From: Chiloscyllium plagiosum
Taxonomy: Eukaryota
Direction: 5' to 3'
NCBI RefSeq assembly: GCF_004010195.1
Contig: NC_057719.1
Location: 93,015,946 to 93,079,945, forward strand
Length of the DNA stretch: 64,000 nucleotides
Positions 24,511-36,120 of this stretch are shown here, piece after piece. The notes below the pieces were generated by a model. It did not search any database. It had not been told where the DNA came from and saw only the letters and a list, made by a program, of their open reading frames with translations. The position numbers and the translations under genes are program-made. Position 1 is the first letter of the stretch, and every line of letters begins with the position of its first letter.

Positions 24511-26799
24511 TGTTGAGATTCTATTTCTTGAGATTCTGATCTCTGCTATACCTCTTTCTGGAGCTGCTGCTTCCTGCTAGTGTCGGAGGTGATGTTCACA
24601 CTATAATGTGGGATAACGCATTGAAAAAGGTCCCTTATTAAGAGAAGGGTGAAATCCTCCAGTGACACATTTAGGATCCATGGAGACTCACGTTAATCAT
24701 GATTACGAAACAAGCATGTCCAGTTATCCACTTTCAATTCAGTATTCTTTTCAAATTAAAATAATGTGTAAAACATACACACTCTGTATGTGATACATGA
24801 GAGTCACTGCATGAAAGCATGTTCTAAATATAAAAACGACTGTTGCAATAATTCAAAATAACGTAGATATGAGGTAAATATCGGAGGACTGTCGGGATGA
24901 AAATATGCTCCCCTGTCCATAAAGCAGAAATATAACCTGCAACTATTGATCAATCATTATATCAATGGCGCATGAAGGGATCTTTGTAAATTTATAATTT
25001 TAAAGAAAATATGTACCCAAGAAAACTTGCTTGTGGATATGTTGATGGAGATTCGTACGTGACAAACACAATTAAGATTAGTATTCCAGGATCAGAGTTG
25101 GCAAATGAGGATTTTGTCATTGATGTTATCAATGTCAATAAAATGTGATCAAGTGTCATGAATGGACTTCAAGTAAAGTGTTATTTTGACATTTAAGAAG
25201 AGGCACAAAACAGAGAGAATTGGGAACATAACTGTTCAGACTGGGCTGAAGTACAATGACATTCCACATGCATTAGTACTGGAACATTATTTTCTATAAT
25301 GTATATGAAGAGCAAATTCAAAGATACATCTACAATGAGGTGAGACTTTATTAATTTAATGGGGCTATTTTACAAAGAATGCAGGGTCAGAATGATGTTC
25401 TGTAAAAGCGTCTGCATCTCTGAAAGTATGAAAAGGTAAGATGTGACTCAGGATATCGAGATTTAAAAAAATATATAGTTTGCAAATACATAGAAGCATA
25501 CAAATTTTAAAAATCGTTGTTTAATTCTCAGCTGATTACCGTCTCAGTTATTCTCCTCACTGTGAATCTCTGACTCTGTCTCTCATAAAGTGTGTGATAT
25601 TCGTCTTGCTGATATTGTTCCAATTTATTAAAATCAATTCACTGCTTGCCTGGAACAAATTTTTGGCCTATTGGCTTCTGTTAAGCTGCCAGAAGCTCCC
25701 CACTGTGGTTTTATTTAAAACAAATGATCTATAAAAGCATCCAGCATCAGCTTAGTGTTGGAAAGATATGGTATCAGTCAAGGTACATGGGAATTTCTAA
25801 ATAAATTTTTCATCTTCTGTTTGCCCCTGTCTATGTCCTCTCATCCTTTCTCCGGATCTATCTCCCCCTCTCGATCTAACACCTCATGATCTCTCACACA
25901 GTGTGTTGCTGCACTATATCTCGTCTCTCAGTTTATCTCCCTTCTCTCTCTCTATTTATCCCCTCGTCCTCCCACTATCAGACTAACTGCACTCAAGCTC
26001 TCTGTCTCCAACTGGTCCAGTTGGAGAACTCATGGAGACACAATGGGCTGAATGGCCTCCATCTGTGCTGTGAAAACTCTGAGGTCCTATGAACCCAATA
26101 AGTACTTTATTTCTCTGGAGTGACAGGCTAGTTTAGTGAAGTCACACAGCATACAACCAACCATTTTTTCCCTGTTTTTCTCTGATGTGCAGCTGCCTCT
26201 AAATGACTGTTCCAGCAAAGCAGATTTAATGAAATTTCAATATTGAGAGAACGTTCACGGGAGGATATTTCAATCAGGATTGAACGAAGAATGAAATTCC
26301 AGAATAATCGAAGCAATGAAAGGAAAATACGGCAGTCCAAGAAATGGGAGTACAGTAGAACCTGTGGCTCTAAATAGTTCCAAATTCAACACCTAGATGG
26401 GACAAGCTGCCTGAGTTGAACACGAACAGAAAAGTAGTTTTTCTGTTGGTTTTCCAGGAATATCTCAAGGGCATCATTTCAGAAATATTGCATCTGCAAA
26501 GTTGAATTCAATGATACTGGCGTTGCAGGATCGATCGTTCAAAAATAACAGAGTGAAAATGGAAATAATCATCAAAACAAAATCTGCTCCCGGTTGCTGA
26601 GACTCACTGATGTCACCTTGTATTTAGAACATTATTGGACAATCGCCCCTGGCATTCATTGGCGTGGCTGTCAGTGATTCCTTCCACTTAACATATCATA
26701 GCGTTTATCATTGAACAGAATATGAAATCGAGAAATCGAGAAATGACTACAAGAGCAGATCAGAGGCGAGTACTCCTGAAGTGATTAATAGACAATAAG

Positions 26800-27310
26800 T
26801 ACATGAGATTTAAGAATTGATGTTTACAACTGATATTGACCAGCTGGTCAGCTCCATCATTCGATCGTGGTTTATATGTTTCTCATCCCCATTTCTCGAC
26901 TTTCTCCCCATAACGCACTGTCCCCTCACGTATCACGAACCTATTTATCTCTGTCTTAAGTGCATAAAATAATGTCAACACGACAACCGACTGCAGATAA
27001 AGTTTTCACAGGTTCTTTACTCTCTTACTAAAGAAATTCCTCCTCATTTCAGTTCTAAAAAGACTCCCTTTCCCTCTGGAACTATGCCCTTATGTCATAG
27101 TATCTCTGAGCAATGGGAAGATCTTCCGCATATTCACTGTATTCAAGCCTCTCAGTTGTATGTCAGTTTCAATGAGACACACGCAGCCCAGTCCCGTCTG
27201 ACACTATCCCCATCATTCTAAACTCCATTGGTTCACACTCAGAGCCATCAAACGTTTCTCATATGAAAAGGTCTCTCCTGTACCTTGTCAAGCACCAGTG
27301 CATCCTTTCT
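26800..27310 (-). mobile_element. CR1-like LINE 3' fragment
   Basis: Reverse of the LINE 3' region (aagaaattcctcctcatttcagttctaaa, cattctaaactccattg), similar to the 3' end of 9300-12432. Confidence 0.6.
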
Positions 27311-27324
27311 TTTTGATTGATTGG

Positions 27325-27469
27325 TTGATTTCAGTAGAAAGTGAGGACTGCAGATGTTGGAGATCACAGTCGAAAAGTGTGGTGTTGGAAAAGCACAGCT
27401 ACTCAGGCAGCATCCGAGAGTCGATGTTCTGAGCATAAGCCCTTCATTAGGAATAATGATTAATTTCAG
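27325..27469 (-). mobile_element. Short PLE-tail element with degenerate hammerhead core and probable TSD
   Basis: Same family as 10588-10771 and 35881-36120. Flanked by ttgatttcag / ttaatttcag. The - strand reads CTAATGA-A-GGGC-TTAT-GCTC-AGAAC. Confidence 0.6.
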
Positions 27470-28247
27470 GGTCAGCGTCCGGGACTTTCAGCATTGGAAC
27501 TTCAGGTAAACATTCTCAAGGCGGACGTCGGGAAAGGCAACAATGCAAAGTGGCTGATCAGCAGATAAACCAGTTTATCACCCAGAATGATGGTCTCAAC
27601 CAGGACATTGAATTTATGTCACACGAAACGTGACCCACTGTACTCTACACAAAGTCCTCCTCTCTCTGTCTCTCTGTCTCTCTCTCTCTCACCCTCTCTC
27701 TCTCACGCGCACGCATGCGTGCACACACACACAGAGTCACAAAGCTGTTCTTTCGTTTCCCGACAAGCTGTTCCTTTACTCAAGGATACTGTGTCCTTTT
27801 TTTAAAATCAGACGATTAATAAACCACTCTCGGTGCCGATTAGACAGGTTTGGTACAGCGATTAAAGTGTATTGAAAGGCCTTTTTGTTTTTTTTTAACA
27901 GATAAGACTTCATACCAAAAATGGGGCATGTTTTAGAAGTGACCTGTATAATGAAAGGGGAATGGTCAGTTCTCTAGCTGAGCAGTCTAGTTCAGTCAAG
28001 AACTAATTGGGAGTTCATCAGTTTTTTAAGGGGTTTGCTTATTGGGACTGTTGTGTCTCTTTGCAACAGCATAATTTAGTCTAGTTTGGATAGACTGAGT
28101 TTTGTAGAGATTCTTTACTCTATTCTTTGTGTTTCATTGTGCAAATTTGTGAATAAATTTCTGTCTGTTTTAAAACCTAGTAGTCAACCTACCTGGCTTA
28201 CACTGGGTAATTCTCAGTGTGCACTTACCAAAACAAATTGGAAAGTT

Positions 28248-29032
28248 ATAGAAAAAAGAACAAAGAAAATTTACAGCACATCAACAGGCCCATTGGCCCT
28301 CCAAGCGTGAGATGATCCAAATGCACTGTCTAAACCTATTGTGCAATTCCTAAGGATTTGTATCCCTCTACTCCCCACCTGCTCATGCATCTGTTCCATG
28401 CCTGCCTCTACTATGTCTGCTGACAACACGTTCCAACCACCTACCACCCTCTCTGTAAAGTATTTACCACGTGTTTCCCCCTTAAACGTTTCACCTCTCA
28501 TCTTGAACGCGTGATCTCTCGTTCAGAATCCCACACCCTGGGAAATAGCTTATCTCTATTCACCTTGTCTGTACTCTTTATGATTTTGCAGACCTCAATC
28601 AGTTCACCTTCAACCTCATTTTTTTCTAATGAAAACAATCCTAACCTATTCAACATCTCTTCATGGCTATCACCTTCCATAACAGGCAAACTCCTCGTAA
28701 AGTTTCTCTGCACCCACTCCAAATCATCCACATCCTTTTGGTAAAGTGGTGATCAGAACTGTACACAGTATTCTAAATGTGGCCGAAACAAAGTCTTCTA
28801 CAATTTTAACATGACCTGCCAGCTATTATACTCAATAGCCAGTCCGCTGAAGGCAAGCATACCATATGCCTTCTTGACCACTCTATCCACCTGCACAGCC
28901 ACCTTCAGGGTACAATGGACCTGAACTCCCGGATATCTCTGCTCATCAACTTTTCCCACGGTTCTTCCATTTACACTATTATTCTCTCTTGAATTAGGCT
29001 TTCTAAAATGCATCACTTCGCATTTATCTGGA
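28248..29032 (-). mobile_element. CR1/HER1-like LINE 3' fragment
   Basis: ORFs contain QVDRVVKKAYGMLAF, LEWVQRNFTRSLP, RLGLFSLEK and YFTERVVGGWNVL. Confidence 0.88.
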
Positions 29033-29540
29033 TGGTGTGGGTTGCCTGTTTAAGAATATTTTGAATGGTCTAGCCGAGTTCATAACACACACACACATGC
29101 TGATGCACACGCGCACACACAGACTCAATTTATGAAGCCTGAAAACACACAATCTCACACTCTCTCACGTGCACTCACTCACAAGCGCAGTCACTCACAT
29201 GCACACGCTCACTCTGTCTTCCTCTCCTACATGTGCACACACATATACGTTTATTGGGTGGATTTGTATTTGCAGAAATATCTCTGCAGACACATTCTAT
29301 TTTACTCAAAAAATGCCGAACCTTCATGCAGTCAATGCGGTCAACCCATAACCTGAAGCTGTTTTGAAAGCGTGACTTCAAAGAAGTTCTGGGATTTATA
29401 TAATAATGAACCATGCACGCCAAATTCATTCTAAAAGATGAACAACTTAACAACCCGAGTTTGTTAAATATCCCATTTTACTTGCATGACATTGTAAGGT
29501 TTTGCTGTAAATTCGGTGTCTTATGGTCCTGATTCACAGT

Positions 29541-29575
29541 CATCTGATGAAGGAGCAGCTGCTTCGAAAGCCCAT
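29541..29575 (+). ncRNA. Hammerhead-like core, probably inactive
   Basis: CTGATGA (29544-29550), A, GGAGC-AGCT-GCTTC, GAAA (29566-29569), then GC-CC. The U of the NUH triplet is lost. Confidence 0.55.
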
Positions 29576-30214
29576 ACATACAAATAAATCTGTTGGACTA
29601 TAACCTGGTGTTGTGTGATCTTTTAGCATGGGTGAGGGGAGACGTCTACAAGCAAGAAAACTAACGGACAGAGTGTAAAAAACTATTTCTTCTTTGCAAG
29701 GTACATTCCTGAACTCTCACATACATAGAATGCATTGATGAAATGGCCACTTTCAGGATGATGCATATCTTGACTACTCCTTGGAATGCTTGCATTCATA
29801 TCACTGTTGCAAGCATAACTGAGTTATGAAAAGATAATGTTCCGCCACTGAGTGACTTGTCTGAGATTGTGCGTGGCCACAACTATAATTTTTGTAATTC
29901 TGCTACCATAATGTTTGCATAGATGCAATGACTCCTGAAGCTCACAGCTCCTTTACGGGTCATCCACATTGCTGTGTGTCTGGCATTAAATGTGGGTGAC
30001 GTAAGATGAGCATGATAGATTATCTGTGCTATGTACGACAGTAAATCACTGTTTAATTTTAATTTCAGCCACAGTCTACATTGGTCCCATGACTGATGAT
30101 AACGTGTATTGATTTATTTAAAAAAAACGTTCTGGATGACTAGTACAGAGACATTCCACCACGTATGTTCATCCCAATTCACTGAGAGAGTACACTGGAC
30201 TGGCTGAATGGACT

Positions 30215-30395
30215 TTCCTGATGAAGGGTTTATGCTTCCGAAGTGCTGGCTACTAAAAAAACATCAATCGTTGGAACTCGAGAGGTATTGAAGAAAGGTC
30301 ATTGGACCCGAAATATGAATTCTAAATTCTCGTCGCACATGTTAGCATAACCTGCTGAAGTTTCTAGCGATTCCTGTTTTCATTTCAGAATTCTG
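30215..30395 (+). mobile_element. Cluster of decayed PLE tails with two degenerate hammerhead cores
   Basis: CTGATGAAGGGTTTATGC at 30218, and TTGAAGA-A-AGGTC-ATTG-GACCC-GAAA at 30288-30313. Confidence 0.5.
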
Positions 30396-30789
30396 GATTT
30401 TTCGGTTCATTTTTTCCACCTCAGCAACTTTTATTTTTCCCCTTGTCCAATTGACTGTTCACCTTTGCAATGTATATGCAATTTTCAAACCCCATTCCCT
30501 CCACACCATCTTTAAAAGTGACGATCGTTTCTGCTGCTGCTTGTTCCTTCAAGGAGCAGATTCTTGTAGACCGCAGATTTTGGGAGGTATCGGCCAAGTG
30601 GTATTATCACTGGATTGTTAATCCAGAGAACCCCAATGATGTTCTGGAGACACGGGTTTGACTACTGTCATGGTACATGGGGGAACATGAATTAAATTTA
30701 AAAAAAATCAAGAATCTAATGATGATTATCGTCGATTGTTGGAAGCAATCTTACTAATGCAGTTTCGAGAGGAACTCTGCAATCTTCGT

Positions 30790-31065
30790 CTATCTGTGTG
30801 GAGTTTGCATATTCCCCCGTGTCTGCGTGAATTTCCTCTGGGTGTTCTGGTTTCTTCCCACAGTTTAAAGATGCGCTGTCATACTAAATTGTCAATAACA
30901 ATTAGTCCAAAGTGTTAAGGGATGTGCAAGCTCGATGAGAGTCAAGAGTAATGTAAAGAAATAGTGTAGGGGAATACCTCTGCGTGGACTATGCTTCGGA
31001 GGGTCAGTGTAGACTTGCTGTGCCTAGTTGACCTGTTTCCACACTTGAGTAACCGTATTCTACTA
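30790..31065 (+). mobile_element. Degenerate HE1-type SINE body
   Basis: tgtgtggagtttgcatattcccccgtgtctgcgtg and gggtcagtgtagacttg match the 57142-57460 copy. Confidence 0.7.
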
Positions 31066-31309
31066 TATAACTTATCTCTCGGTGTACATCTCCTGATTAT
31101 TAAACCTCATGTGCCACAATTTTTTCCAAGTTCAACATCGGACGAGTTTTGGAGATTGTTGCTTACCCCCAACCCATCCCCTTTGTCTAATGTTTATCAA
31201 TCGAGCAGTTACCACCAAGTCATATTCTATGTTCATTGTTATACTGTTAGTGTAGTCTCTCTGTGTTCACATTGGTTGAATATTCCTGAACTATCAGCGG
31301 AGACAGCAC

Positions 31310-33600
31310 ATACAACACAGAACATAGAACAATACAGTGCAGTACAGGTCCTTTGCTCTCGATGTTGCACTGAACTGTGAAACAGATCTGAAGCGCACCT
31401 AACGTACATTAAAAAGTAATCATCTTATACGATGCTATTAAGTCACCCCTAAACTTTCTTCTCTCTAACGAAAATAGCCTGAAGTCTCTCAGCCTTTCCT
31501 CATCAAACTTTCCCTCCACATCAGGAAACATTCTGGTAAATTTCTTCTTCACCCTTTCCAAAGCTACCACACCCTTCCTATAATGTGGTGACCAGAACTG
31601 GACCCAATCCTCCAATTCTGTTGCACCAGAATTTTGCAAAGCTGCAACGTTTCCTCATGGCTTCGAAAATCAATCAATCTACCAATAAAAGCTAACCCAT
31701 CGTATGCCTTCTGAACATCCCCATCAACCTGGATTACAACTTTCAGGGATCTATGCATAAGGGGCCTGAGATCTCTCTGCACATCCACCCTACAAAAAGT
31801 CTTACCATTAATCCAGTACGATGTATTACTGTTTCTCTTTCCAAACCTCTCACTTGTCTGCATTAAACTCCATTTACCATCTCTCAGTCTAGCTCTGCAG
31901 TCTATTTATGTCTCTATGTAACCTGTAACAACCTTCCTCACTGTCAGCAACTCCACCGACATTTGTGTCATCCGTAAATTTACTAACTGAGCTTCTACGA
32001 CCTTCTCCAGGTCTTTTATAAAAATGACAAATAACAGTGGATCCAAAGCAGGTCCTTTGCAGGACACCACTCGTAACTAATGTCCAGGACGAACACTTCC
32101 CATTAACCATTCCTCTCTGTCTTTTTCAGCTAGCCACTTCTGATCCCAAACGCTGCATAACCCTCAATCCCATGCCTCGGAATGTTCTACAATAACCTAC
32201 CATGGGGAACCTTATCAAATGTATTACAGAAATCCATATACACCACATTACCCTCACCCACCTGTTTGGTCGCCTTCTCAAAGAACTCAATAAGATCTGC
32301 GACACATGTCCTCCCCTTCACAAGACCGTGTTGACTATCCCTAATCAATTTATTCCTTTCTAGGTTAATACAAGTCCTATCTCTTCTAATCTTTTCCAAC
32401 GCTTTACCCACACCGTAAGTAAGGCTCAGTGGTCTATAATTCCCAGGGTTGTCACCACTCCCCTTCTTGAAGAAAGGGACAACATTTGCAATCCTCCAAT
32501 CTTATGGCACTACTCCTGTAGGCAACGATGACATAACAATCAAAGAGAAAGGCTCTGCAATCTTTGGCCTAGCTTCCCAGAGAATCCTGAGATAAATCCC
32601 AGCTGGCCCAGGTACTTACATATTTTCTCACTTGACAGAATTGCTAACATAGGTAACAAATCAAAAACAAAAGTGGTGTTACTTCTACAGCTCTCAGCTT
32701 CCACCCTAACTCCCTGAATTCCTGCCTTACTTCTCCATCCCTTTTCCTACCTATGTCGTTGATGTGTATACGGACCATGACTTTCCCTTCCCCTTAAGGA
32801 TTCCGATAACACGACCGGAGACATCACGGATCCTGGCACCTACGAGTCAATACAGCAACCGTTAATCTCTCTTGTTCCTACAGAGCCGCCTATCTGCCCC
32901 CCTAGCTATGGGACCCAAATGACAATGTTCTGCTCCTTTTCCCCCCTTCCCTTCTGAGCAACAGCGATAGACTCTGTGCTCGAGATCTGTACTCCATCCT
33001 GTAGTTCCTCGTAAGTTGTCCTCCTCAATAATATCCAAAACGTTATTGAGGGTAACGGCAACAGGGGTTCAGTGGACTGTCGGCTGGTTCCCTTTCCTTC
33101 CCCTGATTGCAATTAACTTTTCCCTGTACCTGACATGTGACTACCTTCCCATAAATCCTCTCAATAACTCTCTCCAGCTCCCAAGTGATCCAAAGTTTAT
33201 CCGGCTGCAGCTCTACCTCCACTTCCCTTTCCGAGAAGGTGGAGGTGGGTATATGCCCTGCAGATGAAATCAGCAGGGACATGCGTGGTGACCCTTACTT
33301 CCAATATTCTACAGGAAGAACATTCATTGCGCGAACATCCATTGTGATTGTTCTAAATTCCCAAAGAGACTGCTGAAGAAAAAGGTACTAACCTTACCAG
33401 ATCGGCTCACAGAAAACTTTTTCTTTGGTGAGAGGAGGATGATGCGTGGGAGAACGATGAGTCTCAGGTAACGCAAAAGTTCAAATAAATTATTTCATTT
33501 GCTCAGCCGTTCCAGGTCCACTCCTGCTCAGTATGCCTATTCACGAGGTAAGCTTTCTTTCTGATTTTTTTTGCCTTCCCTGCAGCCGTCTGTTCCTCGC
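31310..33600 (-). mobile_element. CR1-like LINE retaining an ORF1 remnant and RT, with an internal deletion of the endonuclease region
   Basis: - strand near 33340-33240 reads MDVRA/ECSSCRILEVRVTTHVPADFIC (ORF1 zinc-finger-like). RT pieces include SQHGLVKGRTC, YMDFCNTFDKVPH, SKFTDDT and VQFWSPHYRK. RT follows ORF1 after a short junction near 32650-32700. Confidence 0.8.
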
Positions 33601-34094
33601 TCTCACCGCTCCCCTGCAAATTAAATGCCACTGAAAAGGAATGTCACTTCTCCATACAATCTTGACAGCGTCTGAAGCAAAAATGTCCTCTTTCCTAAAA
33701 AACTGATTTGATGTTCTGAATCTATCTGATCATTGAATCTTCTCCTTCTTCCCTTGTCCTTCTCCTCATCTCTCCATCAGTTTTCTTCTTGTTTGTGTTT
33801 TGATTTTCTGTCCCCACAATCTCCACCTTTCTCTCTGTCCTTTTTTTTGCGTACTTCCACAGAGCGTGCTACTACCCTCCCACCCACTTCCCGCCTCCAC
33901 CCTCAGCTGTCATTTGTTCACCACTGTGAACGACGCACATCCCCATTATCCTATGAACCTGACATCACCCACTGAACTGAGCTTGAAAAGAGCCCCACAG
34001 TCACGAAAAGCAGCTTCCATGCCACGCGTAACCAACTTCACCACAACACTTAGTGTCTATATCACACAAAGCCCATTAACATTGCAAGTGTAAA

Positions 34095-34848
34095 ACCTTA
34101 AGTTCATCAGGACTTTCTTGGACACCTCCCTCCCTTTCTTGGACCTCATCATCTCAATTAATGGTGTCTGACTCAACAAGAAAATCTACTGCACTCCCAC
34201 AGACTCCCACAACTAACTGGAGTATACCTCCAACCACACTGCCTCCGGTGAAAACATTATTCCATTATCTGTTCGAAGAAGGGCCAATTCCTGCAGTGCA
34301 TCTCATCCACGGCCCGCCCCTCCATCTTTGAATTCAACCCTTGCCAACGCAACAAGGACAGAAACCCCCGGTCCTCACCTTGCATTCCACACAACTTCCG
34401 TTTACATCACATCATCCACCGCCATTTCTGCCACCTATGAACAGACCCCACCACCAATAATATATTTCCCTCGTACCCTTATCTGCGTTCAGTAAGGACT
34501 ATTCCCTTCTCGACTCTCGTGTCAGGTCCAGGCTCCCTAACAAAACAAGCTCCCCAAACAGCACCTTCCCTTGCCACTGCAAGACGTGTAAAGCCTGCAC
34601 CCACACCGCTCTCTTTTCAGTCCAAGCCCCAAAGGAGCTTTGTACATCCATAAGAGATTTGCTTGCTCTCCCACACACACCATTTACTGTATCCATTGCT
34701 CCTGATGTGGTCTCCTCTACATTGGGAAGACAGGACATCTACTTGTGAACGCTTCAGAGAACATCTCTGGGACACACGCATGAAACAACCCCACCACTCC
34801 ATGGTCAAACACTTTAACTCGCCATCCCACTCTTCCAAGGACTTGCGA
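34095..34848 (+). mobile_element. Decayed Penelope-like element fragment, cut off by the satellite
   Basis: Reads DTSLPFLDL, PTDSHN*LEYTS and IYCIHCS*CGLLYIGKTG (GIY-YIG). Homologous to 3170-4000. Confidence 0.82.
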
Positions 34849-35880
34849 TTTCAGCATTTTGCACTGGGACTAGGTTGGACAGGGTTCACTGTTGCACATT
34901 GACGAATGGGTGGCATTGTTTACTGTTTTGAATGGCGACTGCGGGGCAGTGTTCACTGTTTCGCATTGGGGACTGGGGAACAATTTTTACCGTTTTTCCT
35001 TTGCGACTGAGAGGCAAAGTACACCGTTTTGCATTAATGACTCAGGTGCAGTATTCATGAAATAACATTGATGAATGTGCAGTGTTCACTGTTTTGCATT
35101 GCAGACTGGGAGCCAGTGTTCACTGCAATGAATCCTGAATTTTGTGGGATAGTTATACTGCTTTGTCCTGGGATCAAGGTGCTAACTTAGTCACTGATTT
35201 GTGCTGTGTACTGAAGCTGTGGAGTGACAGCGTTCATGGATTTGCATTTGCGTCTGGGCTGAAGTGCTCACTGTTTTGCAATGGGGACTGGAGGGGAGGT
35301 GGGGCGAGTGTTCACTGGTTTCCATTTGGGTTGAGGTGAGAGAGTGTTCACTGTTGTGCCTTGGTGACTAGGTGGGACAGTATTCAATGTTTTCCATTGG
35401 AGACTGGTGGTCGGACCGTATTTACTGTTTTCCATTCGGGATTTGGTGGGAGAATGCACACTGTTTTCCACTGCAGATTCTGTGTGGAAGTGTTCAATGT
35501 ATTGCATTGAGGGCTAGGTAGGACAGTGTTCACCATTTCCCATTCGAAACTCAGTGGAACAGTGTTCACTGTTTTCCATTGAACACTTGGTTTGGTGGTG
35601 TTCAATGTTTTGCTTTGGGGACGAGGTGAGACAGTGTTTGTTGTTTTCCATTGGGCACTGGGTGGGACAATGTTCACTGTTTTCCAATGGAGATGATCTT
35701 GGTCAGTGTTCACTCTTTTTAATTGTGGGCGAGGTTGGAAAGTGTTAGGTGTTTTCCTTTGGGGACGAGGTCGGACAGTGTTTACTGTTTTCCATTGTGT
35801 TGCAGGTGGGACTGTGTTCACTGTTTTGCCTTAAGGATTAGGAGAGACAGTATTTACTGTCTTGCATTGGGTACTAGGTT

Positions 35881-36120
35881 GGACAGTGTTCACAAGGCGA
35901 AAGAGGGTACTGCAGATATTGGCGATTCGCGTCAAGATTAGAGTAGAGCTGGAAAAGCACGACAGGTCAGGCAGCATCCAAGGAGCAGGATAATCGATAT
36001 TTTGAGCAAAACCTCTTCATTCCTGATGAAGGGGTTTGCCTGAAACGTGATTCTCCTGCTCCTTGGATACTGCCTGACCTGCTGTGCGTTTCCAGCACAT
36101 TTCTTTCGGGACAGTGTTCA
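35881..36120. mobile_element. PLE-derived fold-back element within the satellite, hammerhead-like core in the loop
   Basis: Arms ctggaaaagcacgacaggtcaggcagcatccaaggagcagga / tcctgctccttggatactgcctgacctgctgtgcgtttccag. CTGATGA-A-GGGGTTTGCCT-GAAA-CGTG at 36023-36049. ggacagtgttca is duplicated at 35881-35892 and 36109-36120. Confidence 0.75.

Larger units (their letters stand above)
27470..29625 (+). mobile_element. PLE 3' end (GIY-YIG C-terminus and tail), split by a nested LTR-like segment and a CR1 insertion
   Basis: GLNQDIEFMSH at ~27593-27625, then (TC)n(CA)n. The tail resumes at ~29088 and ends with a hammerhead core (29544-29569) and ttggactataacctggtgttgtgtg. Confidence 0.55.
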
